Assembly (NCBI RefSeq): GCF_963921235.1 | Contig: NC_086108.1 | Location: forward strand, 101,620,001 to 101,684,000 | Direction: 5' to 3' | DNA: 64,000 bases | Source of the DNA: Mobula hypostoma | Lineage: Eukaryota | Shown: positions 51,293 through 61,742 of the stretch, one piece after another | How the letters are laid out: the number at the start of each line of letters is the position of its first letter | Numbering within the stretch: position 1 is the stretch's first letter | Translations under genes and position numbers: made by a program | Notes under the pieces: model-generated | What the model saw: only the letters and a program-made list of their open reading frames with translations | The model's database searches: none | What the model was told of the DNA's origin: nothing

Positions 51293-54200
51293 GAGTAAGG
51301 AGGATGAGAAAGGTTTGTCCTTGTCCAGGGATAAATTTATAGAGGAACTGAATTGAGATTCTGAAATTGTGGCTTTAAAGGAAACAGCTCTCTCCGAGGA
51401 TGAGATTCAGAAAGAGTCAGTAGGATATTATCTTAAGGATGGGGTGTTAATGAGGAAGTGGAGACCCACTACAGTGCCTGCCAGTGAGGTTTGGGCTATT
51501 GTGCCCCAGGCAGTGGTTCCGAAAGTTTACAGGGCTGAGATTTTAAACATGGCTCATAGTATGCCTTTAGGTGGACGTTTTGGAGTGAGAAAGACAGTGA
51601 ACAGGATTATGAAGAAATTCTACTGGCCTAATTTAAGAAAGGATGTTGTGAATTTTTGCAGGACCTGCCATACCTGCCAGGTTGTGGGGAAACCTAATCA
51701 GGTTATTCAAGCAGCACCATTTAAACCGATACCTGCTTTTGGAGAACCTTTCTCTAGGGTCATAGTGGATTGTGTTGGCCCATTGCCAAAGGCTGCAGCT
51801 GGTCATCAATACTTGTTAACAATTATGTGTGCTGCATCTAGGTTCCCTGAAGCAGTGCCACCCAGACATCCAGGCCAAGACTGTGGTAAAAGCACTCATC
51901 AAGTTTCTCTCACTGGTAGGTCTGCCCAAAGAAATTCAACCTGACCAGGGTAGTAACTTTACTTCAAGAACATTCCAGGGGATAGTTGGAGAACTGGGAG
52001 CTAAGCACATTGTGTCATCTGCATATCACACAGAGACTGAGGGAGCCTTAGAACGGTTCCACTCGGAGATTCTGCAGGGAGCACTCATGGAGTGAGGTCG
52101 TTTTTGGCTTCGCTCCATTCCCGTTATCTTTTTTCAGTCACAGGCCTAGAGGACCTTTAACCCTACTCAGAGAATAGTGGTTTGGTCCGGAAGTATGTGT
52201 CAGTGTGCTGGATTATGTCTTGAAATTTTGAGAAAGGCTTAACAGGGCTTGTGACCTTGCAAAGCAGAATTTGCAAAACTCCCAAATTAAAATGGAACAC
52301 TGATTTGATAGGAAGGCTACTCAAGTCATTGGCGTAAACATGCTCAAGCCTTATCATGACACGGAGACATCACCTGTGAGTACTGTTGTGAAAACAAATG
52401 AAGCTGGAGGGCCTGGTACCGAGATACCAGATAATTTTAATGTACTCAGTGTAGTCTCCACAAAGTTCGAAAACACTATTGTTTTGAAAAATATCAATAA
52501 CAAGGTCCATCATTTGGAGCCTGCACAGCAAAAACAATTGAAAGGCTTCATTAGTAAGTATAAAGATTTATTCCCTGACATTCCAAGATGGTGCACAGCT
52601 GCAGTGCATGACGTCATTGTAGGTCCTGCCAAGCCGATCAAACAGAATCCCTACAGAATGAATTTAGAGGAAAGTAAAATAGTTGAACAAGAAATTAGAA
52701 ACAAGAAAGGACAAGGAAAGGGATGACTGTACTGATAAAGTAGGAAAGGCTAAATACCTCACAAAGATTGACTTATTAAAAGGATACCTTTGACAGAAAG
52801 AGTTAAAGAAATATCAACATTTGTGACACCAACTGGGCTGTGTGAGTACAATGTTTTACCCTTTGGGGTGAAAAATGCTCCAGGGACATTCTAAAGGATG
52901 ATGAATTCAGTAATTCAGGGTTTAGAAAATACAGGGGCTGATATTGATGTATGGAATGACATGTGGGAAGAACATACTGCGGCTGTAGAAAAGCTATTTG
53001 AAAGGCTGTCCAAGGCAAATCTCATGGTGAACCTTGCTCAAAGTGATTTTGGGCATGCTACTGTTACTTATCTTGGCTATGCTACTGTTACTTATCTTGG
53101 CTATGTAGCAGGCCAAGGCCAACTGGCTCCTGTACAAGCCAAAGTACAAGATATTGCTGAAGTTCCTGTTCCAACGGGCAAGAAAGCTTTAAGAAGGTTT
53201 TTAGGAATGGTTGAGTATTATCATAAGTTTTGTAACAACTTCACAAATATCGCTCTCTCCCTAACGAAACTCCTCAGGAAGAATGAAAGATTTGTATGGA
53301 GTGACCTTTGCCAGGAGGCATTTGAACACCTGAAAACTATTCTGTGTTATCATCCTGTGCTCAAAGCACCTGATTTTAATAAACCATTTTCGATCGCGGT
53401 AGGCGCTAGTGATGACACTGCTGGGGCAGTACTGCTACAAAAGGATGATGATGAAATTGAACATTCAGTAGCTTATTTCTCAAAGAAATTTAATATTCAT
53501 CAGAAAAATTACACTACTGTTGAAAAGGAGTTGCTATCACTTATTCTGGCTTTACAACATTTTGAGGTCTATGTTTGTCCTGCCCAGAAACTACTTGTGG
53601 TTTACATGGACCATAATCCATTAGTGTTTCTAACTGAGATGAAGGATAAGAATTAGAAGGTTATAAACTTGAGTCTGATATGGCAAGAATATGACCTGAA
53701 AATAAAACTTGTGAAAGGTACTGGCAACATTATAACTGATTGTTTATCCAGATGTGGAGTTAAAAGTTGTACATATTTTGCTCTGTTATCTGATGATTAT
53801 ACATGTATTGTTTCAAATTTTGTAATCTGCAGTTAAACTAAAAATTTTCCTGCTTCATCAAAATTTTTCCCAAAAGGAGGGAGGTGTGACGGAATCCTGA
53901 ATTATCCCTTATGAACTGTGTTCTTAAAAAGAGAGAGGGAGAGTGTTGTACAGCACAAACAACTTGTTATTCTTGGCATCATTACCAGCCATTACCACTC
54001 TTAAATTGCAAACTGACTAGAGTAATCTTCCAGTGGTAGGAAATGGGCCTGGATTCAGCAGAATGCTGCTTAATATATTTGGGTTAGGTTACCAAACTAC
54101 ATTTATTTGCATTAATTCCCTTCAAAACCATGACATTAGAATGTCCCGTTGGTACAGCGATGAGTAGGAATTTCTTTAGTCAGAGGGGGGTGAATCTGTG

Positions 54201-54543
54201 GAATTTGTTATCACAGATGGATGTGAAGGCCAAGTTATTGGGTATATTTAAAACAGAGGTTGATAGGTTCTTGCTTACCAAAGGCATCAAAAGCTACGGT
54301 GGGGGAGGGCAAGAAAATAGGGTTGAGAGGGATAATAAATCAGCCATAATGGAATAGGGGAACAGACTTGATGGGCCAAATGGACTAACTCTTCTCCTAT
54401 GTCTTATGATCTTATAGTATCTTTACAGCACTGAAGATAATGACTCAGCACAACTTTCTCAATGGTCCCCATCACAGAGATAATCAGTCATACCACGTGT
54501 CCAGTATTAATGATTTTAAATATCACTAAGAAGTTATTTCCAG

Positions 54544-54805
54544 GATGGAACTTGGACTTACAATATCATGAATACTGGAAATAAGCAGAAAATAACAGTT
54601 ACAGTAACATCCCGCGCAGCGGATGAGAACGTTCCCCCTGTCACAGTCAACACAAAAATCACCAGAAAGGATCTCACTAGTCCAGTGGTCATTTATGTGA
54701 AAGTCTCCCAAGGATTTTTACCAGTCTTATCTGCGAGAGTGATGATCGTTGTTGAAACAGCCACAGGTCATACAGAAGAAGTGGAGCTTTTAGATAATGG
54801 ATCAG
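54544..54805 (+). CDS. CLCA: CLCA exon 11
   Basis: ttccag|DGTWTYNIMNTGNKQKITVTVTSRAADENVPPVTV...PVVIYVKVSQGFLPVLSARV...VELLDNGS(G)|gtaagt; 262 nt, phase 0-1. Confidence 0.93.
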
Positions 54806-55274
54806 GTAAGTCATATAATATTCTCTTTGAGAAATAGAATTTCTCACATGTACATCATAACCATGTAAAATAAATTTGGTATTGAACTTGACCAATGATG
54901 AATATTCAAGGTAGTTATAGAGCTTTGTGCTTTATGCATTCAGTGTCTGTCTGGGATTTTTTTGTGACCCATTCAGAGGTCACACCTTCAGTGGATGTGA
55001 CAGAACAGACCAATTAATGGAAAAAATTGCCATTCTTGAATGTTGCCTTAGAAGTGTTCCTGCTCAACATATCCCACATTTGTCAGCATACACAGCAATG
55101 AAAACATTTAAAATTGGAAGTTCGTTCTTGACCTGATCATTCACTGAGGATATCATAATGGACTACCAATGAGATGAGATTAGGAAGCGTCTATAGGCAG
55201 CTTTTAACCAAATTGTATTATTAGTGTTGCATTCTCTCCTGGGCTGAAAATCATTGACCCTTACTTACTTTTAG

Positions 55275-55442
55275 GTGCTGATATTGTCAGCAATGATGGG
55301 GTTTACTCTAAGTATTTCCAGAACATTAATGAACATGGAAGATACAACTTCAAGGTGCGGGTAGAGGGAAAAGAAAGATCTACCACGACGGCAAACAGAA
55401 GAGATGGGGGTGCCATGTACATACCAGGATACACAGAAAATG
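55275..55442 (+). CDS. CLCA: CLCA exon 12 (self-cleavage region)
   Basis: ttttag|(G)ADIVSNDGVYSKYFQNINEHGRYNFKVRVEGKERSTTTANRRDGGAMYIPGYTEN-G(nt)|gtaata; 168 nt, phase 1-1. Confidence 0.93.
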
Positions 55443-56351
55443 GTAATAAATATTTGGCATTTCACAATAAGACAACACAGGTTTGTTTATCATCATAGTG
55501 TCAGAGAATCATTGAGCTGTACAGCATGCAAACAGGCCCTTTGGCCCAACTTGTCCATGCTGACTATCCGAGTGCCATTTGTCTTCATTGGTTTACATCA
55601 ATCTGAGCCTTTCCTGGTTTGTGATGTAATGACAGGGTGAGCCATTGAATTGTATGCTTGCTTTGTGAACTGGTGCCCATTCCTCCAGCAATCTTGCCTA
55701 TGCTTGTTCAGTCACTTCTTATCAGGAAGAACACAATCCCACAACTCCACCTGCACTCTTTAATGGGATGGTATCCAGGTAAGTCACTGTCAGTCTACAA
55801 TGCGTGTGCTGCTGTGGATTACCGTCTGGTGTGTCCAGATTTAGAAAGAACATCGAACATAGAACGCTACAGTATTGTAAAGGTCCATTGGGCTACAATG
55901 CTGTACTGACCTTTCAATCTGCTCTGAGGTCAATCTAAGCCTTCCTTCCTATATACTGTTCCATTTTTCTATCATCCATGTGCCTCTCTAAGAGCTTCTT
56001 AAAATGTCCCTAATGTATCTGCCTCTATCAGCACCATGCATTCCATAAGGCACTCCATGCATCCATCAGTCTCTGTGAAAAGACCCTAACTCTGACAAAC
56101 CCCCTATACTTTAGCCCAATTACCTTAAAATTATGCCACTTTCTATTAGCTGTTTCCATCCTGTGAAAAGGTCTCTGGCTATCCACTCATTCTATGCCTC
56201 TTATCATGTAAACCTCTGTCAAGTCACCCCCTCATCCTCCTTCACTCCAAAACATTGGTTCCTACAGTAAAACTCTGAAAATATGCTATTGTTCTAATTG
56301 AAATGAATTGGAGTTTACAGGTAAGCAGGAAAGAGTGTGGTGTATATATTT

Positions 56352-57487
56352 CTCTTTTTTTTGTAATTTATTTTTATTGAATTTCATCATCAAACATACA
56401 TTTCCATAAGATGTATTTCAGATACTGTACATATATATCATATAATCATATTTGTCACATCTCCACATAATATTTATCTGAGGTATACACTTATAGAAAG
56501 GAGAGGAAAGAAAGAAACAATCGAAAGAAGAAAACTATGTACAGAGTAGGGAGTGATCTTTTTTTTTACAACATATTCATTGATTTGTGAGAATAAAATC
56601 AGGCCTATGAGGTGTTATGTAGATAAACCATTTTTTCCAGTGTGAATAAAATTGTTCCAACTTCTGATTAACAGATGCTGTTATCTTCTCCATTTTGTAA
56701 ATGTCCATTGTAATTTCCATCCATACATTTAAAGTTGGGCTCTCCTGTGATAACCATTACCTGGTAAGGGTCTTTTTACCAGCCACCAGCAGTACATTCA
56801 TTAAATATTTATCTCTTTTCAACCATTCTTGAGGTATATACCCAAATTATATGGCCTTACTCTCTAAGGGTATTTCACACTTAAAGATGTCTTGTAGGGC
56901 ATTATGTATCCCACTCCAATAGTCTTTGATAATGGGGCACTCCCAGAAAACATGATAATGGTTTACATTTTGATTTCCACAATTTCTCCAGCAAACAGGA
57001 GGGGGTTACCATCATAATAGGATTTTTGAGAGGGTGTAATAAAATATCTTATCAAGTTTTTCCACCCAAACTCCCTCCATTTCTGTGAACTGGTACACTT
57101 CCATTGATACCTCCATATTATTGTCCAGTCTTTCTCAGATATTATTATCCCTCCTTCCTTCTCCCATTTTGTTTTAATGTATGAAGTCGAATGTGTTTTA
57201 AGATTTGACAAACCCTTATACACGCTTGATATTATTCTACTACCATTATCTGAATTATACACTTTTCCAAATAGCTTTATCAGACATGTACTTGCCTTGG
57301 TTACATTTTAAACTGTCCTATTAACATACTGTTGCATCTGTAAATACTGGTAAAAGTCTTGTTTTTCTAATAAGTGTTTCTCTTTGAGCATTTCAAAACT
57401 GAACAGTGTTCCTTCTTTCATTATATTGCAAATAGCTGTTATTCCTTTAGCTGTCCAGTCCTTAAATCTAGCAACCAGTTTATTTGA
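56352..57487 (-). mobile_element. L1/Tx1-like LINE 3' fragment
   Basis: Poly(T) start; reverse-strand ORF2 C-terminus (YIKTKWEKE...WREFGWK, CWRNCG...HVFWECP). Confidence 0.75.
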
Positions 57488-58347
57488 GTAATTACTGGAA
57501 CCTTGTTTCCAATGCTGTCTATGAACTGTGTAAAACTGTAAGTGATTTTAAAGTACATTAGTGTTTTTGTAGAATAATACCTGACGTTCCAGAAGGATGG
57601 CAGGATCCCTGTCCTGAAGGACAATACTGAAGAAGAAATGATTTGTGATGATCTCACAACTTCATTATTACTACACTGGGACTCCCCTTTTGTTCCAAAT
57701 GTATTAATTTATGTTATGGGATTTTAAAATGCCTTCTGATCAATAATATGGTACAATCCCACCAGGCATGCAGTAACTCTGACAGAGCAGCATTCCCCCA
57801 GTCTGTGTCAACTTCGATCCTTGTGCCCAAGTCACTGGAGGAAATTTATGACCTTCGGGCAGGAATGTGCCATGGTTTGAGTGAGGATAAGATGGCAGAG
57901 ATGGAGAATGGAATTATGAAGCAACGGGAAGAAATAAAAATCAGGGAGATAAAATGAAAAGAGTAGAAGAAATGCAGAAGAAGAATGAGAAAAGAACTGA
58001 ATGATGTAAGCTCTCATCAGTTCAAGCAACATCTGTAGAGAGAAATACAGTGCTAACACCTCTGGCTGATGAACAGAACACATTGCTTGATCCTTTGAGA
58101 AGCTTCCTGTGTTTTCTGCTTCTAACACAGATTTCCAACATCCATCATACTTTGCTTTTGACAAAGGATATCAGAGAGAAAATGTCAGATTAAATATCAA
58201 ACAGGAATTCTGCAGATGCTGGAAATTCAAGCAACACACATCAAAGTTGCTGGTGAACGCAGCAGGCCAGGCGGCATCTCTAGGAAGAGGTACAGTCGAC
58301 GTTTCAGGCCGAGACCCTTCTCTTCCTTCAGTTAGTCCTGACGAAGG

Positions 58348-61300
58348 AGAGCCAATAATAGACCATAGGTGGATTGGAATCCTTCCACTTCAATAGAACA
58401 GCTCTCCTAGCCAGTAAGGTCGAAAAAGCTATCAAACATTGAGTGGAAACAGGAATATTTCCTGCTTCTGATGGGATAATCCCAAAAATTGCTGTAAGCA
58501 AATTAGTTTGTAAATCCAGATCCAAAACTTTTGATAGTATTTTAAAAACATCTCTCCAAAAGTTATCTAGCTTTATACAAGACCAATACATAAGAATGAA
58601 AGTGGCCAGCTCAGCATTACATCTGTCACAAATAGGATTGATATTGGGGAAGATACGCACGCGCTAGTTTATCCTGTGACATATGGGCCCGATGCACTAC
58701 CTTGAACTGTATCAAGGAATGACGGGCACAAATAGAGGAGTTATTAACCGAATGAAAAATCTTACTCCATTGATTATCTGAAAATGACTCTTGAAGTTCC
58801 GATTCCCAAGCGTGTTTAATCTTATCATTAGATATCATTCGTGATCTCAATAACCGTTTATAAATTATACCTATCAACCTTTTTTGAAATGGTTTAAACT
58901 GAAAGAGAACGTCTGTCATATTAGGTGGATAAGCAGAAGGGTAATTTGGCAACAAACCACATAAAAAATTCCTATTTTGTAAATACCTAAAAAAAAATGT
59001 ACATAAGATAAATCATATTTATTCACTAACTGAGAAAAAGACATTAAACAGTCCCCTAAAAACAAATCTGAAGTTATTATTCCCTTGGTTTTCTAAATTA
59101 AAAAGGCCTTATCCAGAATTGATGGTTTAAAAATGGATATTAAAAATATTATAAAAATGGAGATGGATATTACTAGAAAGAATAAAATTATTTAACTCAA
59201 AAAATCTACAAAACTGGATTCAAATTCTTAATGTATGTTTAACAATGGGATTAAATTCTTCTCTGCTAATCTTAGAAAACAAAAAGGGAAGAGGAGCTCC
59301 AGGTAAAGAGGCCAAAGAGAACCCTTTCACGAGTTTACCTCCAAATCCAACCATGAAGGACTTTCATGTATATCTGAATAGTGAATCCAAAAAGTAATAT
59401 ATCAAATATTAATTGCCCAATAGTGCATTATAAAGTTAGGCAAAGCCATACCACCATCCTTTTTTAATTTCTGCAATAAGGGTTTACTCAATCTAGGATT
59501 TTTATTGTTCCAAATATAAAATAAAATTATAGAATCTATTCTGTCAAAGAACTTTTTAGGAACAAAAGAAGGAACTGCCTGAATTTCTATAAAACTTTCA
59601 GTAAAGCTATTATTTTAATAGCATTAATTCGACCTATTAATGATAATGTCATAGGTGACCATTTAGAAAGCATTTGTTTAGTGTAGGCAATTAATGGAAA
59701 ATAAGTATATGTATCCTTAAAATTATACATCTTTAAAAATTTTTAGTAATTTTAATACCAAGATAGGTAAAGTAATTTTTAGCAATACTAAAAGCTACTT
59801 GATGATTTGGATCCGAGTAATTATTAATCGGAAAAATTCACTTTTATGTAGATTTAATTTATACCCAGAAAAACTACTGAATTCAGAAAATATAGATAAC
59901 ATAGAAGGAATAGATTTCCTAGGATCTGAAATATAAACTAACAGGTCATATAACGAAACCTTGTGTACTTTCTCCCCTCTCTTAATACCCTGAACAGTGT
60001 TAGAATCTCCAAGAGCAATAGCAAGGGGCTCTAAGGCCAAGTTAAATAATAAAGGGCTAAGAGGGCATCCCTGTCAAGTACCCCTATGTAATCTAAAATA
60101 GGGAGATGTTTGATTATTAGTTATAACAGCAGCCATAGGAGCCTGATAGATCAATTTAATCCAGGAAATAAATTCCAGGCCAAGATTAAATCTTTCCAAA
60201 ACCTCAAATAAATAAGACCACTCCACCCTATCAAAAGCTTTCTCTGCATCAAGAGAAACAACACATTCAGATTCTTCAGATTGAGAAGAGTGAATAATAT
60301 TTAATAATCTTCAAATATTAAAATGTGAATATCTATTTTTAATAAATCCAGTTTGGTCATTGGAAATAACAGTAGGTAAAGTATTCTCAAGTCTATTAGC
60401 CAAAATCATAGAGAGAATTTTAAGATCCAAATTCAATAGAGAAATTGGTCTAGAAGAGGTGCATTCAGATAAATCTTTATCTTTTTTGGGAATTAAAGAG
60501 ATTGAAGCTTCATAGAAAGTTTTCGGGAGAGTCCCAGAGGATGTTGTCACAATGGGGGCGTTGGGAACGGACCCAAATGCAAGACACAGACACTGAAGTA
60601 CAAGGAACAGGACTTGACTAGAGTAGGGACGTGACAGGATACAGACAAGGAGCAGGGACAAGAATGCAGACTTGGGCTAGGACAGGGTCTAGACACAGGG
60701 AACCCAGACAAGGAACTATGAACTAGGAGCCTGGGCTTGGACTCCGAGCCAGAGACTGGACAAGGACCCAGGACCTGGGTCGTGCCTCTGGCTCAGACCC
60801 CAGAACTAGGCAAAGACATGACATGGCTACAGGACAGGACGTGGCTGGTGTCTTGACTCTTGAGGCTTGAGGCTGGGAACTGTATATCAACATAGAGCCG
60901 GGACTTATCCTTCGAAAAGCTGGGACTCATCTTTAACACGACATCAACATGAGACAGGGCAGTACATAGACAAAGAGCCGGGACTTACACTTAGACAAGC
61001 CAGGACTCAACTTTATCTCCACACCAGGGTGGGACAGGTCCGCCAGTTGGGTAATGGAAGAACAGCCGGACTTACCGCACAGAGGCAAAGACAAGACAAG
61101 ACCCCCCACAGGGCAACAGTAGAATGGCCTGACTTACCCCACAGAGGCGAGGACAAGACAAGACAGATACCCCCGCAGGGCAATGGCAGAACGTCCTGAC
61201 TTACCCCACGGAGGCGAGGACAAGACAAGACAGATCCCCCTGCAGGGCAACAGCAGAATAGCCTGACTTACCCCACGGAGGCAAGGACAAGACAAGACAA

Positions 61301-61742
61301 ATACCAAAGAACGACAGATAGTTCCACCTCTGTATCCTAGTCTGGCTATGGAAACAGCCAGATCCCTACCTAGCTTGGAGTGGCTAGCAGCTGAACCCAT
61401 ACCGCAAAGACAGCTCCGACTACTGACAGCAAGGCTCAATGAGGGGATGGTTCCCCAACACGGCCTAAAGATGGCAAGTGGCTGCTCTAGCCTTCCACTG
61501 GCAGTTGCTCCCAGGGGATCTTGACAAGACAAACCAGCAGCTCACACTCAACCCCAAGGCCATTTATATTCCAAGCCCCAAGATGGGAATCAGGTGCCTA
61601 TGATTAACTCAACCAAAACAAGGGACAGCTGGAAGACCTGGAGTGCGGAGTCCACGGACCGGACCGTGATCCAGAATGTGGACTTTATGGACCGGACCAT
61701 GACAGACATAGAATCAGTGAAAATTTGACATAAATGAGGTAT
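58348..61742 (-). mobile_element. L1-like LINE ORF2 remnant, interrupted by a solo LTR and by Gypsy
   Basis: EASISLIPKKDKD...RPISLLN.DLKIL, DQTGFIKNR, LDAEKAFDRVEW, QGCPLSPLLF.LALEPLA, QFKVVHR, CDRC. Confidence 0.85.
60545..61704 (-). mobile_element. Solo LTR of the same family as 49903-51292
   Basis: First about 120 bp nearly identical to 49903; ends CATGACA; flanks GATGT / GACAT. Confidence 0.82.

Larger units (their letters stand above)
47805..53969 (+). mobile_element. Gmr1-like Gypsy LTR retrotransposon (integrase upstream of RT/RNase H), degenerate
   Basis: 5' LTR 47805-48632 (TG..CA); degenerate tRNA-Pro-like PBS TGGGGTCTGTGTCCAGG; integrase (H..C..C, DCVGPLP, DQGSNF) 51369-52095; RT/RH 52600-53750; PPT AAAAGGAGGGAGG; truncated 3' LTR from 53885. 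Confidence 0.88.
6025..55442 (+). pseudogene. CLCA: CLCA-family gene (calcium-activated chloride channel regulator-like), exons 1-12, probably pseudogenised; 3' exons not found in window
   Basis: 12 GT-AG exons (about 2130 nt) with compatible phases. Family motifs: DIVIAI..P.DE.L, YF..I.IL.P.TW, PYTLQYGGCGEKG..IHLTP, FVHEWAHL.W.VFDEY, SIMY, EFC....HNTEAPNMQN..C..RSTWDVI, GGTNICAG, DGED, IHTIALGPSA, NGLIDAF, IDKTVGN.T, VTVTSRA, LLDNG.GAD...NDGVYS.YF, AMYIPG. Disablements: frameshift in exon 7 and TAG in exon 9. Confidence 0.93.
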
